NCBI GenBank assembly: GCA_963767925.1 | Contig: CAVYGB010000004.1 | Location: forward strand, 64,001 to 128,000 | Length of the DNA stretch: 64,000 nucleotides | From: an uncultured delta proteobacterium | GTDB lineage: Bacteria; Myxococcota_A; Polyangia; Fen-1088 | Direction of reading: 5' to 3' | Shown: in pieces, positions 8,530-17,380 of the stretch | Position numbering within the stretch: position 1 is the first letter of the stretch | Layout of the letters: each line of letters begins with the position of its first letter | Notes under the pieces: generated by a model | Told to the model about the DNA's origin: nothing | What the model saw: the letters and a program-made list of their open reading frames with translations, nothing else | Database searches by the model: none | Position numbers and translations under genes: made by a program

Positions 8530-9969
8530 TCAGTCGACGACGCGTGTCCGGCAGCCGAAGCGGATCTCGATGGTGGCCGCCGGATCGGCCTTGAAGGCCT
8601 GGCAGGTGGCCGGGCAGGTGACGACGCGGGTGGGGGTGCCGGACGCCGGGTCGACGTCGTAGTGCCAGCCCCCCCTGGCGGGATCGCAGGCGGCGGCGTT
8701 GCTGGCGTAGAGGACGTCCTCGTCACCGGCGGCGGCCTTGCGGCGCACGTTGACCTTCCCGAAGTCGATGGTCCCCCCGGCGCGCGGGGGTGGGATGGCG
8801 AAGTCGCAGGGCAGGGACTCCCCCCGGATCTGGTTGAGGGCGTCGAGGAAGCCCTGCCCGAGGTTGTCCATGGGTCCGATGATGATCGGCTGGGCGGTTC
8901 CGCCGGCGGTGGCGAGCATCTGGAGGGCCTCCCGCTCGCCGCCGGTGGTGGGGGTGGCGATGCCCACCACGTAGGTGTCGACGGCCGGGGCGGCGGCCCG
9001 CCCGGCGGCCAGGAGCTGGGCCACCGCGGGCACGGTGTTGTTCGTGCAGCCGGCGGGCGTCCCGTCGGTGGCGAGCACGAAGACGCCGCGCCGGCCCGGG
9101 CGGGCCTCCAGGTGCTTGCGCAGATGCGCCAGCGCCCCCTCCACCGCAGGCCGCATCGGCGTGCTGCCGGTGGGGCCGCGCTCCTGGAGCTGCCGGGCCA
9201 CCACGTCGGCGCCCGGGGTGGGCAAGGCGGCGATGGGCACGGCGAGCTGTTCGTAGAACGAGGGCGCGCAGTAGTCGACGCTGTCCGTGTATTCGCAGGC
9301 GCTGCCCAGCCCCAGGCAGCGGTCGCTCGCGTCCCCGCCCGGACAGACCTCGCCGATGGCGGTGCAGTCGAGCAGGCTGATCGAGCAGCGCCCCAGGGCC
9401 ACGCAGGCCGCCCCGCCCGCGCAGGCCATCGGGCCGCACAGGCGAAGAGGGCCCCCCGGAGTGGTGGCCGAGCCAGCGCAGGCTTGCACCGGCTGGCAAG
9501 GTGGGCGGGTAGGCGTGAGGACGGCGTAGCCGCAGTCGGCGTGGGTCTGGCAGGCCGAGCCACTGCCCGGCAGGGGGAAGAACTGGATCCCCAGGCCCAG
9601 ACCCGCCGAGGTGGGGGCCCGGGCGAAGGTGATCATCGCGTCGCGCACCAGGTTGTACTTGGAGACGTTGCCGATCTCGGAGCTCATCGAGGACGAAGCG
9701 TCGATGGTGAGGAGCAGATCCACCTGCACCCGCTCCGCCTTCCTCACCTCCTCGGCGCAGACCTCGCCGGGGCCGGGGGCCACCGCCGCGTCGACGGCGA
9801 CCGGGGCGGGGCCGGGATCGAACCGGGGGGGCGCCGGCGGCAGGGAGATCCCGGCCGCGCCGCCGCTGCCGCCTTCGCCGCCTGCGCCCTCGGGGGCGAT
9901 GACCTTGGGGGCTCCGCAGCCGAGCAGCCCGGCCGGCGCCAGCCCGGCCAGCAGCAGCCCCGCCAGCAC
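8530..9969 (-). CDS. Cys-rich VWA-domain lipoprotein (myxobacterial type)
   Basis: Lipobox LLGC; MIDAS DASSSM...TP...ATDG; many Cys; C-terminal GGWHYD...CPATC...FGCRT. Confidence 0.8.
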   Translation of the reverse strand: MLAGLLLAGLAPAGLLGCGAPKVIAPEGAGGEGGSGGAAGISLPPAPPRFDPGPAPVAVDAAVAPGPGEVCAEEVRKAERVQVDLLLTIDASSSMSSEIGNVSKYNLVRDAMITFARAPTSAGLGLGIQFFPLPGSGSACQTHADCGYAVLTPTRPPCQPVQACAGSATTPGGPLRLCGPMACAGGAACVALGRCSISLLDCTAIGEVCPGGDASDRCLGLGSACEYTDSVDYCAPSFYEQLAVPIAALPTPGADVVARQLQERGPTGSTPMRPAVEGALAHLRKHLEARPGRRGVFVLATDGTPAGCTNNTVPAVAQLLAAGRAAAPAVDTYVVGIATPTTGGEREALQMLATAGGTAQPIIIGPMDNLGQGFLDALNQIRGESLPCDFAIPPPRAGGTIDFGKVNVRRKAAAGDEDVLYASNAAACDPARGGWHYDVDPASGTPTRVVTCPATCQAFKADPAATIEIRFGCRTRVVD

Positions 9970-10107
9970 GACTTCGACAACGGCCTTCCGGGCGGCCTGC
10001 GTTCCATGTTGCGTTTGCTCCTTCGCGGCCGCCGCGGCGCGTGGCCCGGCGCCAGGTTACTCCGAGTCGTGTTACGCTGGCAAAGTCACCCCCTGTCATC
10101 CCGGCGC

Positions 10108-11079
10108 ATGGACGGCCCCAGGCACGACCCGGTCACCAACTTCGCTCTCCTGGGCGTGGCCGGGTACATCGCGCCCCGGCATCTGGCGGCGATCAAGGAG
10201 GTGGGCGGCAGCCTGCTGTGCGCGTCGGACCCCAACGACTCGGTCGGGGTGCTCGATCGGTACTTCTTCGAGACCCGCTACTTCCGCGAGTTCGAGCGTT
10301 TCGATCGCCACGTCGAGAAGCTGCGCCGCCGCCGCCTCGAAGAGCGGGTGCACTACGTCTCGATCTGCTCACCGAACTACCTGCACGACGCCCACATCCG
10401 GTTCGCCCTGCGGGTGGGGGCCGACGCCATCTGCGAAAAGCCCCTCGTCATCAACCCCTGGAACCTCGACGCCCTGGCCGACCTGGAGCAGGAGCTCGGG
10501 CGCCGCATCCACGCCGTCCTGCAGCTCCGGGTGCACCCTACCTTGCTCGAGCTGCGCGAGCGGTTGCTGGCCACCGGCAGCGCCCGGCGCGAGGTGGTGC
10601 TCACCTACGTCACCAGCCGGGGCCAGTGGTACCTCAACTCCTGGAAGGGCGACGTCTCGCGCTCGGGCGGCATCGCCGGCAACATCGGCATCCACTTCTT
10701 CGACGTCCTGCTCTGGCTGTTCGGGCGCGTGCAGGGGTTCGAGGTGCACCTGTCGCAGCCGCAGCAGATGGCCGGCTACCTCGACCTCGAGCGGGCCAGC
10801 GTGCGCTGGTACCTGTCGATCGACCGGCGCGATCTACCCTTCGCCGCGGTGCCGGGAGGACCGACGACCTACCGCTCGATCACCGTCGACGGCCAGGAGC
10901 TGGAGTTCTCCGACGGCTTCACCGACCTGCACACGCGCGTCTACCGGGAGATCCTGGCCGGCCGAGGCTTCGGCGTCGGCGACGCCCGCGCCGCCATCGT
11001 GCTCACCCAGGGCCTCCGCAACGCCACCCCCGTCGGCCCCACCGCCCGCGCCCACGACCTCGTGTTGCGCAAGCGCTAG
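10108..11079 (+). CDS. wbpB: Gfo/Idh/MocA oxidoreductase, UDP-GlcNAcA 3-dehydrogenase (WbpB/WlbA) type
   Basis: FALLGVAGYIAPRH, DPNDSVG, YVSICSPNYLHDAH, ICEKP, SWKGD, NIGIHFFD and EFSDGFTDLH match WbpB/WlbA motifs. Confidence 0.85.
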   Translation: MDGPRHDPVTNFALLGVAGYIAPRHLAAIKEVGGSLLCASDPNDSVGVLDRYFFETRYFREFERFDRHVEKLRRRRLEERVHYVSICSPNYLHDAHIRFALRVGADAICEKPLVINPWNLDALADLEQELGRRIHAVLQLRVHPTLLELRERLLATGSARREVVLTYVTSRGQWYLNSWKGDVSRSGGIAGNIGIHFFDVLLWLFGRVQGFEVHLSQPQQMAGYLDLERASVRWYLSIDRRDLPFAAVPGGPTTYRSITVDGQELEFSDGFTDLHTRVYREILAGRGFGVGDARAAIVLTQGLRNATPVGPTARAHDLVLRKR

Positions 11080-11119
11080 AGCGTGCGGGGACGGGTACGG
11101 TACAGAGCTCGGACCAAGC

Positions 11120-11986
11120 TCAGCGGCCGCGCGGGCTGCGGCGGCCCTGGACGGAGCGGGGGGTCTCCCGGCGCGCCGGCGTGCGCTCGGGCGGGCGGAC
11201 CGCCACCACCTGGGCGGGGCGCAGGGCGATGCCGATCCGACCGAGCGCAGCACCCTGCACGTTGACCGCCAGGCTCTCGCGCCGGAGCGCGCGGTTCAGG
11301 CAAGCGGCGCGCTCGTCGGGCATCGGGCCCGGCGTGCCGAAGCCGACCGAACGGACCCGGCCGCGGTGGTCGATGTACAGCGTCGCGCGCAGCTCGACGC
11401 CGCCCAGCCCGCCGCAGTCGTCCAGCAGGCGCTGGAAGATCACCGGCATCTGGTTGGCGAGGGCGTCGGGCGCGAGCTGCACCACCGGGACCGCCCCGGT
11501 GGAGCGAAACTCGAGCGAATATTCGAAGGCCGCCACCCCGTAGCCCTGCGGCCGGGCGAACCGGATCTTCGAGGCCACCGAGACCAGACAGCGCTCCACC
11601 TCGAAGCTCCCGAGGTCCGAGCTGCGCACGTGGACGGTGGTTGTGTCACCGTCCAGCCCCACCACGAACCGCAACGTCACCTGGCCGCTGGCAAAGTCGC
11701 GGGCGAGCTGGGCGTCTTCGAAGCAGCGACACAGTCGGGGAAAGTGGGGCTCCACCGCCTCCTCGACGTCTTCCCGGTCGAGCGAGCCGTGCTCGGCCCG
11801 GATCTGCAGGGTATTGTTGGCGGGGCGCGGAGCCGGAGGGGCCGGGGTCGGCGCCACCACCGCGGCCGTGGTCAGAGGGGTGGGGTTGGGCGCTTCGAGG
11901 ATCGGTCGGTTCGTGGCAGTTGTCGTCGCACAAGCACCCAGCAGCGCCGCCGCCGCGGGCAACCAGCTCCCCCTCGCAAGGCCCAT
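11120..11986 (-). CDS. Lipoprotein with two AgmX/PglI C-terminal (TonB-C-like) domains
   Basis: Lipobox LLGAC; Pro/Thr linker; GSLDRE...CFE...GQVTLRFVVGLDG...SSDLG...VERCL...FARP; second repeat LYIDHRGRV...AACL. Confidence 0.7.
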   Translation of the reverse strand: MGLARGSWLPAAAALLGACATTTATNRPILEAPNPTPLTTAAVVAPTPAPPAPRPANNTLQIRAEHGSLDREDVEEAVEPHFPRLCRCFEDAQLARDFASGQVTLRFVVGLDGDTTTVHVRSSDLGSFEVERCLVSVASKIRFARPQGYGVAAFEYSLEFRSTGAVPVVQLAPDALANQMPVIFQRLLDDCGGLGGVELRATLYIDHRGRVRSVGFGTPGPMPDERAACLNRALRRESLAVNVQGAALGRIGIALRPAQVVAVRPPERTPARRETPRSVQGRRSPRGR

Positions 11987-12226
11987 ATATCCATGAATTC
12001 GACCGCTGGAGACCTGGTCTTGAGACGGCCTCAGGGTCGCTTCGCTTCAGGGGTAATTGGTGATCGACGGCCGCTCGAAAAGCACTGGTTCCACCGGACG
12101 TTGACCGGAGCCGACCGTTTCGGCCCGTCGCGGTGAGCGCTCCGACGGATAAACCCCCGCACCCCGAGCCGCACGACGTCGTCCTCTGGATCGCCCTCTG
12201 AATTGCTCCGGGGGCGGGCCGCGCGA

Positions 12227-13171
12227 TCACTTCCCGGGAGGGCTGGCCTGGCCGCGCACGGTGGTCTTGATCCGGAACAGCGAGGCGGTGGTGGTGACAT
12301 AGAGGATGTCGCGGTTCTTGCCGCCGAAGGTGCAGTTGGTGGGGTCTTCGGGCATGGGGATGGTGGCGGCCAGGGTGGCGGTGGCGCGCTTGCCGTCCGG
12401 CTCGAACACGTAGATGCCGGCCTTGTCCTTGGTGCCCGCGGTCGTCCAGATGCGTCCGTCGCGGTCGAGCGTCATGCCGTCTATCCCACGCCCGCCGCCG
12501 AAGTCGTACAGCACGCGCGGGTTGCTGGCGTCGCCGCGCGCGTCGAGGTCGAAGGCCCACAGCTTGACCACCCCGCCCGGGGCGGCGTTGTCCGCCACGT
12601 ACAGCGTGCGCGCGTCGGGCGTCACGTTGATGCCGTTGGGGCGGGTGAGGCTGTCGACGATGCGGGTCAGCTTGCCGTCCGGATCGATGCGGTAGACCGC
12701 CTCCTTGTCCTGCTCGACGTTGGCCCGGTTGTTGTAGCGGGGGTCGGTAAAATAGATGCGGCCCCGCCGGTCGATGGCCAGGTCGTTGGGGCTGTTGAGC
12801 CGCTTGTCCGCGTAACGCTCGGCCAGCACCTGCGCCTTCTTGCCGGTCCGGTCCAGGCGCACCACGCGGCGCCCGCCATCCGAGGAGTTGCCCTCGCACA
12901 CGACCAGCCGCCCGCGGGCGTCCCAGGCCAGGCCGTTGGCCCGGCCGCTGGGCTCCCGGAACACCGACACCTTGTCGCCGGGGGCCAGCTTCATGGTGCG
13001 GTTGCGGGGCGTGTCCTCGAACAGCAGAAAGCCGTCGGGGTGCCAGGCAGGCCCCTCGCTGAACTTCAGATCGCCGACGACCTTCTCCCACTGCGCCCCC
13101 GGCGCCAGCAGGGGGGTCTCGACCGCAGTGGCCGCCGCGATGACCAGGGTGGCAAGGCCCAGGGTGGACAT
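12227..13171 (-). CDS. SMP-30/gluconolactonase/LRE family protein (secreted)
   Basis: FSEGPAW, ANGL, LNSPNDL, YFTDP, PNGI, DGMTLD, PTNCTFGG. Confidence 0.9.
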   Translation of the reverse strand: MSTLGLATLVIAAATAVETPLLAPGAQWEKVVGDLKFSEGPAWHPDGFLLFEDTPRNRTMKLAPGDKVSVFREPSGRANGLAWDARGRLVVCEGNSSDGGRRVVRLDRTGKKAQVLAERYADKRLNSPNDLAIDRRGRIYFTDPRYNNRANVEQDKEAVYRIDPDGKLTRIVDSLTRPNGINVTPDARTLYVADNAAPGGVVKLWAFDLDARGDASNPRVLYDFGGGRGIDGMTLDRDGRIWTTAGTKDKAGIYVFEPDGKRATATLAATIPMPEDPTNCTFGGKNRDILYVTTTASLFRIKTTVRGQASPPGK

Positions 13172-13214
13172 GGGCCGGGAGAATACACCAGGGCGCTGCA
13201 CGCCCCGGATGGCG

Positions 13215-13991
13215 TCAGGCGAGGAGCTGCCACTGGCGGGCGGCCAGGGCCAGGACGTGGACGTCGTCGAGCGCGTGCAACCAGTAGCGCCAGGGGCTGC
13301 TGGGATCCGGCTGCCCGGAGGCGGCGCAGGCCAGGGGCTTGTCGCCGGCCTCGTCGAAGGTGAAGTGGACCGGCTCCTCGGGGGGCGACCCGGGACCCTG
13401 GCCGGCCAGGACCTTCTGCCGGGCCTGGTGCAGGGCCCACAGGGAGAAGAACCGCTTGGGCCGCTGCTCCGGGGGGAGCGCGCGCAGGGCCGCGAGCTCG
13501 GCAGGGGCGAGGTGGTTCTGGGCGAGCTCCTCCATGGGGGGTACCGTGCGGATCCACTCCACATCGATGCCGACGGCCCCGAAGGGACCGGAGCTGGCGT
13601 CGGCGACGGCGCAGGCCACCAGCCCCCGCGTGTGCGAGAGGCTGAAGCGGAAGTTGTCGATGCGGCCCAGGGGCGTCCGGATCTCGGGTGCCCCGCCCGA
13701 TCTCGGCACGTACTCCCAGTCCTGGGGCGACAGGGTGAGGTGCAGCGACAGCTCGATGCGCAGCAGTCCCCGGGCGGCGGCGTAACATCGACGGTCGGAA
13801 TCGTCGGTGATGGTCTGGTAGACAGTCCGTTCGTCGTCGTCCATCAGCCGCTCGAGCGCGCTGCGGGTGGCGGGCGCGAGCTGCTCGCTCACGGTGGCGC
13901 AGGCGAAGGTGAGGCCCGCGGCGACCGTGCAGCGGGCGATGGCGAGGTCGAAGGCCGCATCGGTCAGCGGCTCTCGCTCTATCGGTGTCAT
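13215..13991 (-). CDS. Sfp-type 4'-phosphopantetheinyl transferase-like protein with a degenerate catalytic motif
   Basis: ARGLLR, FSLSHT and VGIDVE are present; WxxKEA is replaced by WALHQA; RBS AAGGAG precedes ATG 13991. Confidence 0.75.
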   Translation of the reverse strand: MTPIEREPLTDAAFDLAIARCTVAAGLTFACATVSEQLAPATRSALERLMDDDERTVYQTITDDSDRRCYAAARGLLRIELSLHLTLSPQDWEYVPRSGGAPEIRTPLGRIDNFRFSLSHTRGLVACAVADASSGPFGAVGIDVEWIRTVPPMEELAQNHLAPAELAALRALPPEQRPKRFFSLWALHQARQKVLAGQGPGSPPEEPVHFTFDEAGDKPLACAASGQPDPSSPWRYWLHALDDVHVLALAARQWQLLA

Positions 13992-14019
13992 CGTCGTGTT
14001 CTCCTTGCTCGCGCCTTCC

Positions 14020-14035
14020 AGCAAGCGCGATGCCA
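14020..14035 (-). promoter_or_regulatory. sigma54 (-24/-12) promoter for the PPTase-like gene
   Basis: Minus strand TGGCATCGCGCTTGCT = GG-N10-GC, about 30 nt upstream of the ATG. Confidence 0.7.
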
Positions 14036-14186
14036 CGAGAAATCGGCGAATATCCGCGGAAAATCGCCAAGCTTGCGACCCGTCGCTGTCCGATCGCACG
14101 CGTGCCGCTGCGCGATCTTCATCGGCGCCCCGCCGGCGCTGTAAAAAAATCTCCCGATCGTCGGGAAGGTTTGCCGGGCTCGATCG

Positions 14187-14582
14187 TCAGGGACGTTCGA
14201 GGCCGTGGTTCGGGTCGCCGCCGTCGCCCCCGAAAGCGGCCTCCAGGATGCGCTCGGCGCGCTCGATCTCGGCCGCCGGACGCCGCGCGAGGTAGCTCGA
14301 GATGCGTTCGGCGGCGGCGTAGGCGCGGCTGGCGTTGCGAGCGGCCCCTTCCGGTCGCAGTTCCTCGAAGCGCACCAGATCGGGCAGCTCCACCCCCAGC
14401 GCCTGCCCCAGGCGGGCCAGGTTCTTCAGCGAGGGGTTGCCCGAGCCGCGCTCGATCTGGCCGATGAACTTGCCGCTGACCCCCGCCTTCTCGCCCAGCT
14501 CCTCCTGGGTCAGGTTCCGCAGGGTTCGCAGCCCGCGCAGTCTCCGACCAAAGAGCACGGGGATGGTCGGGACGCGCGGCAT
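14187..14582 (-). CDS. XRE-family helix-turn-helix regulator
   Basis: FGRRLRGLRTLRNLTQEELGEKAGVSGKFIGQIERGSGNPSLKNLARLGQALGV. Confidence 0.9.
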   Translation of the reverse strand: MPRVPTIPVLFGRRLRGLRTLRNLTQEELGEKAGVSGKFIGQIERGSGNPSLKNLARLGQALGVELPDLVRFEELRPEGAARNASRAYAAAERISSYLARRPAAEIERAERILEAAFGGDGGDPNHGLERP

Positions 14583-14626
14583 CGCCCGTATGGTCGTCGG
14601 GGCGCCCGCCCCGCTGAACCCGCCAG

Positions 14627-14670
14627 AGTTCCCATTTGCAGGTTGATTCCAGAATGATGGGAACTATACT
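14627..14670 (+). promoter_or_regulatory. Inverted-repeat operator overlapping a sigma70-like promoter
   Basis: AGTTCCCAT (14627-35) ...N21... ATGGGAACT (14657-65); TTGATT (14643-48)-N16-TATACT (14665-70). Confidence 0.5.
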
Positions 14671-14732
14671 TACCTTCGACCTCACGATACAAAGGCGTGG
14701 CCACGGCCGGGGTCCCCGGGCTGCGCTCGACC

Positions 14733-14782
14733 GGCCGAGTCCCCCGAGCTTGAGGGTCGCGGGGGACTCGGCCAACTTTTCT
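14733..14782 (+). terminator. Strong hairpin followed by a short T tract
   Basis: Perfect 14-bp stem GGCCGAGTCCCCCG / CGGGGGACTCGGCC followed by AACTTTTCT. Confidence 0.55.
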
Positions 14783-14865
14783 CGGGCGAGATGCGCCAGG
14801 CGAAAATCTCTCCCGGGGACGTTTCCCGGGCAACATTCCCGGGGAAGATCCGGGCCGGCCGCCGT

Positions 14866-15411
14866 TCAGGGACTGGCGCGGCGGATCGCGAAGGTCAAGG
14901 TGTACGCCGAGACCTGCGGGCCGGTCTGCTGGATCACGTAACTGTACGTGCCCGGGCCCAGCGGTACGGTGAACCCGGAGCCAGCCGGCGCACCGTCGGC
15001 GAGCGCGAGCAGCAGGTCCGTCCCCTCGGCGCTCCCGTCGACGTGGTCGCCGCCGAGGAAGGACGCCGCGGTCGCGGCGCTGGGCACGGCGCTGGTGGCG
15101 CCGGTGCCGAGGGCATGAAAGCCGCGGTTGCCCGGGGTGCCCGCGGGCACGTCCCGGTAGCTGGTCAGCACCAGGGCGGCCAGGTGCAACCCCTCGGGGA
15201 TGGTGAAGGTGAAGAAGTCGCGCGTGTCGGCCGGCGCGGTGGTGGTGACGGTGCCGGAGACGGTGTTGTCCCCCAGCCGGAGCTGCAGCGGCGTCGGCGC
15301 CGCCGGATCGCTGGAGAGATCGCCCGCCTCCGCTTCGTCGTATTCCAGGGGCGCGCAGCCCACCGCCGCCAGCAGCGCCAGAGCACCAGCTCGACCTACC
15401 CGAACGTCCAT
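14866..15411 (-). CDS. Hypothetical lipoprotein (PPC-like beta-sandwich)
   Basis: Lipobox AVGC; DTRDFFTFTIPEG; PLGPGTYSYVIQQ; RBS GGAGG. Confidence 0.7.
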   Translation of the reverse strand: MDVRVGRAGALALLAAVGCAPLEYDEAEAGDLSSDPAAPTPLQLRLGDNTVSGTVTTTAPADTRDFFTFTIPEGLHLAALVLTSYRDVPAGTPGNRGFHALGTGATSAVPSAATAASFLGGDHVDGSAEGTDLLLALADGAPAGSGFTVPLGPGTYSYVIQQTGPQVSAYTLTFAIRRASP

Positions 15412-15729
15412 GTGTACCTCCCGTGTGTTGGCTCGAGCGCCAGGCGGCGGCAGAGCCGACGCGGGCGCGCCACGACTTCACCTTAACGGAAGCGACGACC
15501 GGCATTCCTGGACAAAACGAAGACAGACGACATCACGGGTGCGGCCCCGATGGGACGCCGCTGCCGCGGTTGCGATCGCCGCCTTCGCTCCGGACGGACC
15601 TGACCCGTACCACCTGCGGCGACGTCAGCTCCATCGCCCCGCGTGGGATCAGCCCGCGGCCCGGCGCGCCCGGGTCGGGCCGGGGCCGATGTGGTTGCGT
15701 GGGGCTCCGAAACGTAGTCTCGTCTGCGC

Positions 15730-16620
15730 ATGATCGGAACCACCGGCCTGGCGACTCTCCTGGCGGCTCTGGGCACCCTGGTCACTCAGGTGACCGATCC
15801 GGGCGAGGCCTATCCACCCCACCGCATCGCCGACAACCTGTACTACGTCGGCTCGCGCACCCTCTCGACCTATCTCATCACCACCAGCAAGGGCCACATC
15901 CTCATCAACTCGAGCTTCGAGCGGACGGTGCCCATCATCCGGGCCAACGTCGAGAAGCTTGGGTTCGAGCTCGCGGACGTGAAGATCCTCCTCGCCAGCC
16001 ACGCCCACGACGATCACGTGGCGGGCCACGCCGCGCTGAAGGCCCTGACCGGCGCCTCGGTCCAGGTGATGCGGGGGGATGACCGGGTCATCGCCGGCGG
16101 CGGCGCCGGGCAATACCTCTACGACGGCCGCTGGCCGCCGACAAAGGTCGACCGGGTGCTGAAGGACGGCGACACCGTGAAGCTGGGCGAGGCCACCTTG
16201 ACCGCGCGCGTGACTCCGGGCCACACCCGCGGCTGCACCACCTGGACCCTCAAGGTGCGCGACGCCGGCAAGACCCTCGACGCCGTGATCATCGGCAGCC
16301 CCAACGTCAACGCCGGCTACCGCCTGGTCGACAACCCCGACTACCCCGAGATCGCCGCCGACTTCACCCGCACCTTCGAGGTGCTCAAAGCGCTCCCCTG
16401 CGACCTCTTCCTGGGCGCCCACGGCAAGTACTACGGGATGGAGGACAAGGTCACCCGCCTGGGCAAGGGCGGCGGCAACCCCTTCGTGGATCCACAGGGG
16501 TACAAGGCCTACGTCGCCGAGCGCGAACAAGCCTTCCGCGCCAACCTGAAGACCCAGCAGGAACAGCCCCGGGCCCCCGCCAGGCCGCCCGCGCCACCCG
16601 ATCCCCAGAAGAAGTCGTGA
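15730..16620 (+). CDS. Subclass B3 metallo-beta-lactamase
   Basis: PHRIADNLYYVG, SHAHDDHV (HxHxDH), TPGHTRGCTTW, LPCDLFLGAHG, NPFVDP; signal peptide. Confidence 0.88.
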   Translation: MIGTTGLATLLAALGTLVTQVTDPGEAYPPHRIADNLYYVGSRTLSTYLITTSKGHILINSSFERTVPIIRANVEKLGFELADVKILLASHAHDDHVAGHAALKALTGASVQVMRGDDRVIAGGGAGQYLYDGRWPPTKVDRVLKDGDTVKLGEATLTARVTPGHTRGCTTWTLKVRDAGKTLDAVIIGSPNVNAGYRLVDNPDYPEIAADFTRTFEVLKALPCDLFLGAHGKYYGMEDKVTRLGKGGGNPFVDPQGYKAYVAEREQAFRANLKTQQEQPRAPARPPAPPDPQKKS

Positions 16621-17015
16621 CCCGCGGGCCCATGGCCAGGCAACGCTACCCGGGAAGCTGCCACTGCAGCGCCGTCCGCTTCGCCGTGCAGGGCGACCTC
16701 GCGGCCGCGACCCTGTGCAACTGCTCGATGTGCACGAAGAAGGGGTTCATCCACCTCATCGTCCCCGGTCCGGACTTCGAGCTGCTGTCCGGGCAGGAGG
16801 CGCTCGCCACCTACACCTTCAACACCGGGGTGGCCCGCCACCACTTCTGCAGCGTCTGCGGCAGCCACCCGTTTTACGTCCCCCGCTCCGACCCCGACAA
16901 GATCGACGTCAACGTCCGCTGTCTGGAGGGCGTCGACCTCGGCGCCCTGCAGTTGCCCACCTTCGACGGGCGCAACTGGGAGCAGGCCATCGCCGGCCCG
17001 CTGTCGTGGCGCTAA
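16617..17015 (+). CDS. GFA/CENP-V family protein
   Basis: GSCHCSAVRF, CNCSMC, HFCSVCG, VNVRCL, FDGRNWE. Confidence 0.9.
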   Translation: MTRGPMARQRYPGSCHCSAVRFAVQGDLAAATLCNCSMCTKKGFIHLIVPGPDFELLSGQEALATYTFNTGVARHHFCSVCGSHPFYVPRSDPDKIDVNVRCLEGVDLGALQLPTFDGRNWEQAIAGPLSWR

Positions 17016-17082
17016 GAGCCAGCCGCTGAAACCTGTGGAGAATTTGCGCCGATGGGCGAAACGAGGTATCGAGGCCGGGACG

Positions 17083-17253
17083 CGTGCTCGTGGGCGTGTT
17101 CGAGCGCGTGTTCGTGTTCGAGTTCGTGTGGGGCGAGCGGTGAGCGGCCAGGCGGCTCTCGATGCGCGTAAATCACGCGAGCCGAGGCCCGCGGGCCGAA
17201 CACGCTCACCACACACGGACACGAACTCGAACACGCGCTCGCACACGAGCACG
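17083..17253. repeat. Long imperfect inverted repeat built from hexamer units (GTGTTC/GAGTTC)
   Basis: CGTGCTCGTG pairs with CACGAGCACG; CGAGCGCGTGTTCG...AGTTCGTGT pairs with ACACGAACTCGAACACGCGCTCG; GGTGAGCG pairs with CGCTCACC. Confidence 0.75.
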
Positions 17254-17275
17254 ACCACGACAGCCGCGGCAGTCA

Positions 17276-17380
17276 TCAGGGTTGGTGGCGGTGCATGCCG
17301 GCGAGCCGTGTGAGCATCGCGCACAGCCGGTCGAGCAGAGACATCACCGCTTCGATCTCGGTATCGGGAGCAAGTCCCAG
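17276..17380 (-). pseudogene. 3' remnant of a four-helix-bundle (23S rRNA IVS protein-like) gene
   Basis: Hand translation LGLAPDTEIEAVMSLLDRLCAMLTRLAGMHRHQP*; in-frame stop shortly upstream and no N-terminal part. Confidence 0.55.

Noticed and set aside
13215..13991. Secondary-metabolite gene cluster implied by the PPTase-like gene
   Set aside because: No PKS, NRPS or carrier-protein genes in the window, and the catalytic motif is degenerate.
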